Assembly (NCBI GenBank): GCA_009914755.4
Contig: CP068257.2
Location: 22,240,001-22,304,000 of the forward strand
Reading direction: 5' to 3'
DNA from: the human T2T-CHM13v2.0 reference genome, Homo sapiens
Length of the DNA: 64,000 bases
A program made the position numbers and the translations under genes. The notes under the pieces were generated by a model. The model was not told the DNA's origin, ran no database searches, and worked only from the letters and a program-made list of their open reading frames with translations. Shown in pieces: positions 40,230-55,191 of this stretch (position 1 is the first letter of the stretch; each line of letters opens with the position of its first letter).

Positions 40230-41498
40230 TCAGGCCTCACCATATTAGGTCAATATTCCAATTTAATGGTATCTTATCCTCTGATTACACACTTTAGCCT
40301 ATGCAGCTGTGTCACATGGTTACCATGTTATTCAGCTTCCAGATTCCTGCCTCCTTATCAATCCCAAATGTATTAAATATATTTTCTTCCTCTGTTCAGT
40401 CTTTGGATTTGCAAATTGCTATGTGTCTCCATTATGGTCAGACAACATAATACAGTTTCCCAGGCCAGCTGGGAGGATTGTCACACTGCCTTGTTCTCTA
40501 GGATCACCTCTACAAGAGTAAAAAATAATAACAACATCTATCCTTCATTTTTCTTATATATTTCTCAAGATTACTTTCCCCAATTGTCACTTTCTTTCAC
40601 ACATGAATTCTCATTTATGACCTTCATGTCTGCTGTTTTCTTTCAGTAACAATCAGATCACAAAACTTATCAAGATCACCCAACCTAAGAATACCTCCTC
40701 AATGCTAATTTCTCTCCAGATAACATTTTACTATTATAGTTTTCAATAGGATAGTCCATTCACCTTTCTTTGCCATCAAATTATTTGGCATGTTGAAATC
40801 TGATTTCTATATCAGTAACATTTAGACAGTTGTTAAAACCCGTTAGAAAAGACCATTTGTGTGTATAGGGGTGTGTGTGTGTATGTGTATGCATGAGTGT
40901 ATGTGACATGAGTACCTGCATATATGTGTTTCCTTGTCTCTTATCCTTTTATATCTGTGACATGTGTCATTGTGGACTCAACTGTCCTTTTTGAAACTCT
41001 CTTTCCCTTTGACATCTGTGACACCAAATATTTTTCTCTCTCTCTGACTTCTTTACTTAGACTTCAGAGTGATGAGTTTATTGTAAATCTGCTCCTTACC
41101 TTGCTTACAAGATTCATTCTTATTTTGACACCTTCCTTATCTTTTTTAGGTTAATGCTTACTATTGGTTTGAATCATCTTTATATTTTTATCTTAATCAC
41201 TGAAAAGTTTTGATATGGCTATTCACTGTTAAATACATTTTGCTTGACACATTTTTTTTACTTTATTCAGTCTCCTCCTGAAACTAGAGCTCTGAGTTAC
41301 CTGTACCATGGATTGTTAATAGACCACCTTGTTATTCAGGATATGGTCCAAGAGCCATCTGGGAGACATAGCCCAGGATCCTGACAGTTCCCATCTTGGA
41401 TGCTGACTCTAGAATCCTAGTTCCAGACACCACTGAACATCCCTTGCAGGCATTTTAGAAAGTGACCAGAAAACTAGAAGATCTGGTGTGGCTGCTAA

Positions 41499-41836
<338 letters not shown>

Positions 41837-43536
41837 CGTGTGTGTGTTTTTTAAAGATTGTAAAGATGTGAATGAGTTTTCATTTATCATTTTTGAATAT
41901 ACAGGAAAAGTAAATGAATTTATGCTGTGCATTGTCAAAGGAGAATTCTCATAAAAACACAAAACCTTTTCACAATCCTAATGAAAGAACATTAAGTCTG
42001 ATTCCATCATTTTACCACAAAGAAGACAGAAAATTTCCAAAGTCCTACTGTTAGTAGATATTCTAGCTGACTCAGTTCAGTGTTGCTATGATTAAACAAG
42101 AGTGAGTTCCCTAAAAGTAAATGTTATAAGAAATCTTAAGTATTATTTTCTTATGTTTCTAGCCTAATAAAGTGCTTTTATTAAAGCACTTTATTTAAAG
42201 GCATTATTGATATTTCATTATGTTCAACAGATGGAGTTAATGTGAATGTTTACTCTTCAGATATCTTTTCATTTAATATACAAAGATATAGAAAACAGAA
42301 GAGAATTGTGGGAAAAAATGTATATTACAAATGAAATTTGAGTTGGCTTACAAGGAAAGCATAGATAAGACCTATACTCGCAGGAGAGGTTAAGTCAAAA
42401 CCACACAATAAAAGGCAGTTGTAGAGAAATGGGCAGTGATACTAGGATCACTTAGCTAAGCAAAGCAGTAACGGATGAGTAGAGAACTAGTCTGAATGTG
42501 CCTGCAATCACAGTACTAGAAAAAATCAAGTCAGTTGAATGGTATATATTTTGTGCAAGGTACAACAGCTTGATGAAAGCAGCATTTTTTTTTTTAACAA
42601 CATTGGAGTTAGTCACCAAAAATATTGATCAAAGTAACAATATTGTCATTACCAACACTTGGTCTGAGAAGCTTATGAATTTTTTTGAATTTTACAAAAA
42701 ACAATCAGCATGTAGCTTTTTCATAAATTGTCCTTTAATGAAATACTGATATGATGGAGTCATGAGGTAGGATCATGAAGGGAATTGTTAGTTGTTCACT
42801 ACAGTGATCAAATGACAAGGATCAAGTATCTTTCTCGGATCACTACTTTCAAATTGAATGTTGCTTCAGTTGGTGTTCTTAGAAAAGTTTAAGTGACATG
42901 GTTATTAGAACTAAACTTTCCAGGTGGGTGGGCTGGACTTACATAGACATCAGAGGGAATGCCTGAAGGGAAAGAAGACTTTCCTCAGAAAGCAGTTGTT
43001 GATGAGCTCCCAGCTCACATCCTTGCTTAAACTCTGGGTAACATAAATAAAAGGCTACAGCTTAGAGTACGGAAGAGCTTCTTTTGTCATTTTGCAGAAT
43101 AATGAATCTCAATTAGTCACTGAGGTGGAAGACCATAACAGTTCAAGTGATGATTGTTCATTTGTTTTAATAAAAGGCTGGACACTTTATGGCCAAATCT
43201 GATATTCTTGACTTCATAGGCATTTGTGCCATTAGTGGTGGCCCTTGTTGGAACCTGATTGACACTAGTTTTTATTAGGTCCTGAGGACTGAGAATAAAT
43301 GGAGCTTCATCAGTCACTCTGCACTTGCTAATTCTGTGGGAATATGTCAGCCAACTTTGAGAAAACCTGGTTAATTGTTAGAGACTTTCTGTTGAAAAAT
43401 GATTTCAGTTGGTTACAGCTAGAGATAATATTCACTGAGAACAGTCACTGAACCTGGATTTGGGTAGAGGATCTTGAAAAGTTAAAAGAAGAAATTTCTT
43501 ATTAAAAAAGATTATCTTCAACTAATAAGATTGTAT

Positions 43537-43849
43537 TTTATTTTATTTATTTATTTATTTTTTTTTTTTGAGCTGGAACCTCGCTCTGTCGCCCAGGCTG
43601 GAGTGCAGTGGAGAACTCGGCTCATTGCGAGCTCCATCTCCTGGGTTCATGCCATTCTCCTGCCTCAGCCTCCAGAGTAGCTGGGACTACAGGTGCCCGC
43701 CACCACACCTGGCTAATTTTTTTGTATTTTTAGTAGAGACAGGGTTTCACTATGTTAGCCAGGATGGTCTCGATCTCCTGACCTCATGATCTGCCTGCCT
43801 CAGCCTCCCAAAGTGCTGGGATTACAGGCGTAAGCCACCATGCCCAGCC
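43537..43849 (-). mobile_element. Alu (antisense)
   Basis: 'ttttattttatttatttatttatttttttttttttgagctggaacctcgctctgtcgcccaggctggagtgcagtggagaactcggctcattgcgagctccatctcctgggttcatgccattctcc...gtaagccaccatgcccagcc'. A 9-bp target-site duplication 'aagattgta' lies at 43528-43536 and 43853-43861. Confidence 0.93.
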
Positions 43850-45076
43850 CAAAAGATTGTAAATTGTTCTTCCGACTATAAAGTTTACTAGTCAGCAATA
43901 AATGAATTAGATTTCTTTTTCTTTGATGAAGTGACTCAGTATTTTTACATATGCTCCAAATAAAAAATTCAGAAAGTAGTGTAAATAATCTTTCAGAAAG
44001 AAGGCTTTTCAAAAGCAAAGATACTACAATGAAAGTAGTATTGGCAATAGTGCTCTGCTTTCACAGATTTCTGTGTAGGAATATTTTCAATCAAGTAATA
44101 TTTTTATGAGCTCCTTTCAAGTATTCATCAATTTAAACTAAATCCTAACTAGATTAGAAAATGCAGTGTATTTTAAAGTTATTCTCAATTCTGCAATCTT
44201 TGCTTGAGATTCTGTTAATTTTTTTAAACTTCTGAGTTTTACATAGAGTAGTAAATATATCCTGGCTATATTATACCATTAAAATTGTAATATTGGAGTA
44301 TAAAAATTAAAATCCTTGGGATCAGACACTAAATTTCATAATAAAATATCCTTCCTAGTAGCAATGTGTAATAAGAAAGCATTTTTAACCTAGAGAGATT
44401 GTTTCCCAGTGTTGTTATCTTCTTCATTTTGGAAGGAAACCATATCAGCACAAAACATAATTCAATGCTCAGTTTATTGAAAGTTATTTTATTTAAATTA
44501 AATATATGTGTAATAATTAATGATTAGCAAATTAAATGATCATTAAAATAAAATTTTAATCTATTTTATTTTGAATGATATGAAACATGCTCCTTACTTA
44601 ATGTTAAGTGAAGAAAAGAGAGTACAGAATGACATTTTAACCACAGCCAACCGTGGGAATAGATAGAATTGTTCTTTTCTCCTTTCTTTTTTCTATCTCT
44701 TCTAATTCTACCTTAATGAACTTAATGGCTTAGTAGGTGTAAAATGATGATCTTGTGTTTGTTATAGTAAAAGTAAAAACCTATCAATGTACTTTTTAAA
44801 AAGCATCCTATGTTTATGAATATAGTCTCATTCCAACTGGGTCTCACATATATTCACATATTTCATTTTAGAAATTGTTCCCACATCTTCTGAAAATTAG
44901 AGATTGTGATTTATATGAGGTTAGACAGGCAAAGCAGCTATGTATAATTCAATATATTGTTTACCTTACAAGAGCACCCTGCCCTTCATCCACCTGTGAA
45001 ACCACAGGTTTGCATCTACCCAGGGAGATGAAGGGGAGAAGTGATTTTTGATAATTTGTACAAAGGCACAGTATAA

Positions 45077-45463
<387 letters not shown>

Positions 45464-45795
45464 TAGAATGTAGAATCCCATTTTTATACAAGAATTTCCA
45501 AATCGCTTTGGGGGATTGAAATCTTGTAGATAGAAATTCAATGGGAACAAGAGGATAGGGAGGACGGTGAGGGATAATGGACAGATATGGGAAGGAAAAT
45601 ATGTCACCTAAAATTAGATATTTACAAAGCTTTACAAAGTATTTTTAATTATCAAATGTTGTATTAAGACACAGAAAACATTATACTTGGAAACAGATGG
45701 AAGAAGGAATGGTTGTATATTTAAAAAGCCCAGACAACAGGGCTTACTCAACCATGATTGTTTTGGTTACTTTAATTATCAGTAAATGATACATT

Positions 45796-46892
<1,097 letters not shown>

Positions 46893-48609
46893 ATACATTT
46901 GCAGGATGACACTTGTCAAAGTGTACACATTTTCCAGTTAATACCTGCAAAATGCTAAAAATATAATCCTTTAAATGTGAATTTAAGATGTGGAAGTGTT
47001 GGGTACAAGTAAAGTTGAATCTGCCTTCACCTCTCACACTCACCTGCATCAGAAGGACTACATCTTCCAACTAAAAAGAAAGGATATATTTCTGATCTCT
47101 GTTGAGCTGCTATTTAAATTCATTTTCTGGGAGGTATGTTTTTGAAGGTGATTTTTAATGTCATGTACAGAGGGTAGAGAAAAGTATTAGAGTCATCCAA
47201 TTTACAAGGATGGATTTGATGAGAATTGTGTTTATAATAAGGATTATGTTAAGCACATCACATGCATCCTACTACTGTTCTAATATTTCTAAGTCATTTT
47301 TATACTTATTACCAACATGTTTTCTTAATATTTTCAAATCAACGTAGTTGAAACGCTGAGGATGGTAAGCATTTGCCCACATGCTTATTTCCAATTTGTC
47401 TGGCTCATCCCATCTTTCTTTTCAGAATTTTCGATTATTATAGACATCACACAAAATGTGAAGATAGTGCCCCACAGTGTATTGTACTCTGTGCTTGCTA
47501 ACACACAATATCTACAGAAGGTATAAATAAAAATTGATTAGGAAGGGTTTTACCTGCCATCTGGAAGTCCACTATCAGGCTTCAATGAATAGCTTTTAAC
47601 ACTTACAGACTCTAATATCCTGGCTCTTTATGATAATATTCTAAGGGCAAATATAGTTCATAGTTTCTTTTTTTCCCTTTTAGTCTATTAACCTATTACA
47701 GTTTTGATTTCAATTACCTTGTAATGCATATAAAAATAAATTACAGAGAGAAAATATTACAGAGAGGTTTAACAAGTTAATGGTAAATTAAATTCATACT
47801 CTTCTTCATTATGCAAATTTGCAATGCTGCGGAACATTTAGCACTCTCTCCTGGATAGCACTCAACATTTTACATGCAGATAAGTCAGCAGCTCTAATGA
47901 ACTTTTGCCTTACCCACGCATTAATTCAAGAAATACATACTGAAGTTTTTCCAATTGCTTTACAAACTATAGGTAGGGTAAAAGCCAGCTCACTACTTCA
48001 TACAGAGCATTAATTTCTAGTCATGTGAGTTAGAGTGTTCCTTCTGAAAAAAGATTATTGTGATGAGAAAAGAAATGCTAGTGTTAATTTAAAATTAAAA
48101 TTTTTGAATGCACTCACTTATTTCTCATTAGAGATTATAAGATCATTGAGCAAACACACACATTTTCTTGTCATAATTAATAGATATTACTTTCTTATCT
48201 TGCAATAGTTTCCACTTATATACTTTAATTCTGGTAGTATCAAAACATAATAAATTAGTTTCTATTTATTAACACTGAAATTTTCCAAGCAACAATTGTT
48301 TTTTCAAACTAACAATCTAAATCTTATTCTAAATCTACTTTTTCTCAAATTGGCTTATAGGTTAAGATGCAGAATCATCTTATACTTCTATCAATTTGAA
48401 AAATGTTGGTTCTAAATTGCCTTAACGAAGATAACCTTAACATTTTCTGTATAACTTCAATTAATTTCTTAAAGTTTAATCTCAAAGTCTTCGAAGGACA
48501 TTCAAGCAACTTGAAAGTATAATAAAGGTTAGTATATTCAGAGGTAAAAGTAGAGCAGAACGAACATTTTTTTTCATGGATATTGTAAAAGAAAAATTAA
48601 ACAGGGAAA

Positions 48610-48818
48610 AATGAATGAAAGAGAAAGAAAGAGGGAGGGGGGAACAGGAAGGGAGGAAGGAAAAGGAAAGAGGGAAAAAGGGAAATGAAGGAGTGAAGGA
48701 AGAAAGGGCAGAAGAAAGGATAGAAGAGAGGGAGGAAGGAAAAGGAAAGAGGGAAAAAGGGAAATGAAGCAGTGAAGGAAGAAAGGGCAGAAGAAAGGAT
48801 AGAAGAGAGGGAGGAAGG
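48610..48818. repeat. Homopurine (GA-rich) tract holding 2.2 tandem copies of a 79-bp unit (48651-48729 and 48730-48808, with 1 mismatch)
   Basis: The unit 'gggaggaaggaaaaggaaagagggaaaaagggaaatgaag(g/c)agtgaaggaagaaagggcagaagaaaggatagaagaga' repeats. The top strand is >95% purine over ~210 bp. Confidence 0.95.
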
Positions 48819-49629
48819 CAAGCTCTTTCAAAGTTACTTTTAGTTTTTAAAAAGTAAAACGGATAAATGTAAATGAAGATAGTTATAGTTACAGATATAG
48901 ATATAGATGTAATTTTAGCTAGAGGATCAGTTACTCTAGGTTCAGAAAAAAACAAAACAACAACAAAATAACATGAAAAAAACCCCTGCTTTTTCTATTG
49001 CATACTTTTACTCCCATGGAGTAAAAACTGATTTTTACCATTATCTCTCAATAAGATTACCCTCATATCCTTAGTCAATACAACTCCATTTTGGCAAAAT
49101 ATACATACTTATACTACCTTTCCTGATGTTTGCAGATCTTTAGAGCTACCCAAATGAATACTAGTTGTAGTTCTATATATCATTTTTGATTTTGATTACC
49201 TACCAAAACTATATCACATTCCACTTGATAAGGTAGACATAGTAGAAGATGGGCCTAACTATTTGAATGTACAGCCAACATTTGTTTGAAAATTAACTTT
49301 ACTTTGTCTAAAACACACCAAAAAATTGTGGTTCTCCAAATTTTAAGCCAAAAAGTACAGTTTAAAAGCTAATGGCCATAATTATCAATTTTTGGCCAAA
49401 ATTATCAGTTGAGTTATATGGGTTCTCTAAGTAATTCTCTGAGAATGATTAGTTTTGGAACCGATTTTTTTTTCCTGACATTAAAAAGCTCATGCTAGAA
49501 CATACTTCCATGGAATTATTAGCCATTCTATATGGAGTTTTTAGGCTTTAAAAGTGTTTATAAAACAGAATATATATATCCTCTAATCTCAAGTGTCCTT
49601 TGATTCTAATTGTTAAGAATTCTGAAGGC

Positions 49630-49944
<315 letters not shown>

Positions 49945-51739
49945 CTAACTAACCTACTTTCAAACTCAGTTAGCCTGCGACACTGCTACAGTTTCATGGA
50001 AGCTGACAGAAGACATGAGATTCCTGGCTCTGGTTTTATTATTCACAGCAAAAGAAGTAACTAAAGTGAAAGCATATTCACGTCCATTCTGAGACCCAGT
50101 TCCCACAAAGAGAATGAAGTTCAGCCTAGACATTTACACACACAGTGGGCTGTGTCACAGGAAGAAACATTTATCTTAGGGAATCTGCCACTTTGCAGCA
50201 TTGGGTAAGTAAGCCTCTTTGTCAGAGAAGGAGAAGATGTTACTTCACCCTCAAGATTGCTCACTGCAAACACAACCTTGGAAGTGTCCCAGGTAGAGTG
50301 GTCAGAGACTTACCTTTAATTCTCCAAATTAAAAGAAAAACTTATATTGTCGACTCTGCTACAAAATGTAAAGTATATAACATTATTCTAACATGAAAGT
50401 ATCTTGCTGTTTCTTCTGACACGGAGACCAGAAGTAGATGAAGACCAAATAGAAAGTAAGAGAGAGAGGTAGACTGAGAATGATCACACTTGCTATAATA
50501 AGGCAACCATTAGTGGAAATCTCTAGGGATTCTGGAGATCCATCTAAAAGGAGAACGAATACTGTCCAAGAGTGATGGCAACAATTGTGTTCTAATACTT
50601 TTTATGGAAGTATTCCAAAGTACCATGAATTATTTATTACATGCTAGCTACCTAATTATAGTTAATTCTGATGTTTCTTTTTTCAAAATCTGTATGAAAA
50701 ATATATTGATGTCAGTTTTCAGTTCTTAATATGGTGAACAAAACTAGAAGGAAAATAAAATAGTTTTTCAAAGTTGCTTATTTGGAAATCTATAGCTCAA
50801 GCTGGGATTGAGTTTAGCACTTAGAAAGATACACCTGCATTTTTGTATTATAGCACAAGAGTTGCTGTGTGGGTTGGAAGCTGGCAGAGCTGAATGCTTA
50901 GGCATGTCTACAATTAAGGGCAGTAAGCTCTTTTACTGCCTGGCTTTTTGGACACTGTGTATAATGATGCACGTTTAAGCCAATTTTCAAGTCAGGTATT
51001 CATACTTGTTTACGTGATGCTCTTCACACAGAAAACTAACAACTTTATTGCCTTTCTTCATTGACCTACTTTTTTTCCTCCCATTTATCCGCCTGAATGA
51101 ATTGAAAAACAGGTAGAAGAGGCATACATCTCTGAAAACAAAGGACTTGTGTTTCATCTTAAGTGTTATATTGTTTATAGAATGCAGACAATAATTTAAC
51201 CTCTTTCCAGTAGCACCAACCTAACTTGCCCCCAGGACATGAAACATTGAAGCACAAGATGAAATTGTATTATTGTGGAACCACTCATGACTGAATAAGC
51301 CTGCAAGCCCCTGCATTCACTCCACTGCTTTATTTTGATGCTTTGTTATGAGCTTTGAAGTGGAAAAGAAAATGAGCTCTTTGAAAAATACAAGAAACTG
51401 AATGTCATTAACCTCGTCACTTTATGAAATAAATTCCCTTCCTTCCATCCTCCTTTCCTTTCCTCATTCCTTCTTTCCTTTGTTCTTTCTTAAATGAAGG
51501 TAAAATAAAAACTTAAATGCCGGAAGAAAAACAACCTTTATTTATTAAGCCTAATAAGACGCAAATTCACATGTGTACCTCACTTAATTCTCAAGCTGAC
51601 TGTATCTGATTCATCCTTATCCTTATTTCTTAAAGCTGAGGAAAGCCAAGCTCAGAGATATTTTGTAACTTGCCAAAGTGACACAGTTTTGTGCAAACGA
51701 AGGTCATCCTAACTCCATGTAAAACATAGGACTGTATGG

Positions 51740-52056
51740 GGTCCAGACGCAGTGGCTCACGCCTGTAATCCCAGCACTTTGGAAGGCCAAGGCAGGTGGA
51801 TCATGAGGTCAGGAGATCGAGACCATCCTGGCTAACACGGTTAAACCCCGTCTCCACTGAAAATACAAAAAAAATTAGCCAGGCGTGGTGGCAGGTGCCT
51901 GTAGTCCCAGCTACTCAGGAGGCTGAGGCAGGAGAATGGCGTGAACCCCGGGAGGCAGAGCTTGTAGTGAGCCGAGATCGCGCCACTGCACTCCAGCCTG
52001 GGCGACAGAGCAAGACTCCTTCTCAAAAAACAAACAAACAAACAAACAAAAAAACC
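51740..52056 (+). mobile_element. Alu (sense) with a (CAAA)n-type tail
   Basis: 'ggtccagacgcagtggctcacgcctgtaatcccagcactttggaaggccaaggcaggtggatcatgaggtcaggagatcgagaccatcctggctaacacgg...gactccttctcaaaaaacaaacaaacaaacaaacaaaaaaa'. Confidence 0.93.
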
Positions 52057-52565
52057 ATCGGATAGTATGATGTGATGCTAAAAATACCTAAGGAAGAAAA
52101 AGAAACAATAGTTTCTATTTAACAGGATAATTTGAATTTATCACATTTATTTTCATATCATTCTGACGGGAGTCACTGTAAGATTTCTACTCAACTCCAA
52201 CTTCTTTGTGATATAAATTTCACTTATTCTCAAATAAATTAGTTTATCGTACAGCTGCACATTTTTTTTTAAATTTTTGTTTCAACCTTTCCTGCTACTT
52301 CCTTGAAATATTCTCCCGCAGTGGAATTAAAGGGAGAAATCATTTATAAACACGCATACAAACACACACACAAAATGCCAGAAGAAAGAATGCCTTCCTT
52401 GGCATACTCTTTAACAGTTTAACTTTTTCCTGGTTAGAACATACAATTACCCGTAATTTTGGCAATTATGCATTAATATAGAAAATACATAAGGGACAAC
52501 ATAAAGATATAGGATGATTGTTTTTCTCCTCTTCCAGTGTTTCTAGGAATTATTTTTAAAAATTA

Positions 52566-53003
<438 letters not shown>

Positions 53004-54821
53004 TTATCATAAAGGATAGTTTAAATTTATTGTATTTATTTCTATGATATAGTATTGAGAAATATGCTCTTTAAAATATGTCATGTGTATGTAATTTTCA
53101 TCTAAAAATCTTGAATTAGGAAATATTTCCTGTCTGGTAGACCAAATGGAATCTTTCCAAAGTAGTATTTTGGAAAAGGAGAATATATGAAATTCAGCAA
53201 AATTTGAAGGTAAATAATATTTCCTTGTAAAAAAAAAAATTGCTGCAAGAGAAAGAAAAGGCAGTTTGCTCGTGGTCCTTTTTTAGCTGCTGGCTCATTA
53301 TTTTTCACAGCAATAATGACAATGAGAATTCAGTACAGTCCGCTTTGTGTTTGCCTTGTTTTCCCCGCCAGGAGTTTTCTGAACAGAAGTCTGATGCAGT
53401 GAGGCTTCTATACTATTATTTTTGAATAAATAGTATATTTCATTATAACCAGCCATCACTAAGGTGAATGGGACTGGAGTACTTCAATATCTGATAAGAC
53501 TACAAATATACCTCAGAACTTATAATTTTATGTTTTCAGTTCTATTAAATAAGCTGTAGAACATCCCCATTCACCTCCAATATACGTGCCTTTGATTTAT
53601 AGTTTTGAAATTACATTTCATTGCTATGTCTTAAATCAAGTATTGATTTTCTTCTTAAGTTTACCGTGCATTGAATATTCATTATATTTTTTTAGAGTAC
53701 AGCCATAGTCTTTTATGGTGATTCAAAGAGATTCTAGCAAAAGCCTTCCACGTATTGATGGTTTTTACCCATTATTAAAGACAGAGAAGTAATGTGATTT
53801 CTAATTTATTTTCATCTGAAAATCATGAAACTTTTCTTCAATTTTTCAGCACCATTTACTCATGACAGCTTTTATGAAAAGACGAGTTTATATATTCATC
53901 CATCAGAACTAGTAGTTGGAGATCACATGATCACATGTGACATTTTCAAGTACTGGGATTTTCTTTGTGCTGGTAATAAATATAGCCAAAGGCCTGTGCC
54001 CCAAACTGCCTGTGCCTCTTCTCATACGGTATGGTACTAGCATTTAATAGGATTCAGATTTATGATAAATGATAAATACATGTTTAGTTAAAATAAAGCT
54101 ACAAGTAAGCTATGCAGTGATTTCCAATAATAAAAAAAATAGTATTTATAACTGCCAAGCCTGGGAATAAATCTACTGTCTTCTGTGGGATTTTTTTCCC
54201 CAGGAAACCAGTTTAAATCCTTTTGGGTAACATTGTAAAACAATAGCCAATGTGTTTGTTATTAGTGATTGACTCCCAGCTTTGAACCGACCCTTCATTA
54301 CTCAGTTCTGTAATGCTGGGGCTGGAATTCTGTAAAACCAAATATTTCTCTTCTGTCAACAGGATCTCTGCTGAGCTCTAGCAATAGGCAGCACTAGGGG
54401 GAGACAAAGATCCCCCTTGCCTCTTGTTCCTAAGAGCATTTCCCCAAAAGTTCTTCACTGGAGCAGGAGCAGTTGGCTCCAATAGCAGCAGTTTTGCTGG
54501 CATTTTCCACATTTCAAAACGAGTCTCATTTTGCCCCCTGAGAAATGATGCACCAGTTGCCCTGATCCTCCTTCTTAGACAACTTGGTCACAATCCCACT
54601 GGGGCCCCTCGAGATTCCCAAGGCATCTGTGCTAGTCAGGCAGCACACCATCCTCAGAGATCTCAGTCCCAGAATCCAGAAAATCCCTCCTTCAAGCACC
54701 TGAGGCACAGCCAAGGTGGGCAGTATGATTTTCAGGGGTGGTGGTGGGTTCCTCCAAGCTAATAAATTATAATAATCTTGGCCTATGTCTTTTTTGTTTT
54801 TGTTTTTCAGTCCATGGGGCA

Positions 54822-55191
54822 GATAGGTTTGGCTCTGTGTCCCCACCCAAATCTCATCTCCAATTGTAATCCCGACATGTTCAGGGAGGAACCTGGTGGG
54901 AGGTGATTGAATTAAGGGGGCAGTTTTCCCCATACTTTTCTTGAGATAGTGAGTGAGTTCTCATGAAATCTGATGATTTAAAAGTGTTTGGCAGTTCCCC
55001 CTTTGCTCTCTCTCTCTCCTGCTCCACCATGGTAAAATGTACCTTGCTTCCCCTTCACCTTCTGCCATGATTGCAAATTTCCTGAGGCCTCCCCAGCCAT
55101 GTGGAACTGTAAGTCAATTAAAATTCCCCCTTTTTATAAATTACCCAGTCTCGGCTAGTTCTTTATAGCATCATGAAAACAGACTAATACC
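54822..55191 (+). mobile_element. Solo MaLR LTR of THE1/MST type (sense)
   Basis: 'agataggtttggctctgtgtccccacccaaatctcatctccaattgtaatcccgacatgttcagggaggaacctggtgggaggtgattgaattaagggggcag...ttctgccatgattgcaaatttcctgaggcctccccagccatgtggaactgtaagtcaattaaa...ttataaattacccagtctcggctagttctttatagcatcatgaaaacagactaatac' is collinear with the THE1/MST consensus (TGATATGGTTTGGCTGTGTCCCCACCCAAATCTCATCTTGAATTGTA...GGACTAATACA). Confidence 0.85.

Noticed and set aside
54424-54821. Region directly upstream of the solo THE1/MST LTR as a MaLR internal (MST-int) remnant, which would make 54424-55191 a partial element
   Set aside because: I see only weak, patchy resemblance to the internal region of the full-length copy at 16087-17562 (for example 'gattttcaggggtggtggtgg' against 'gattttggaggggccatggtgg'). 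That is not enough to assert it.
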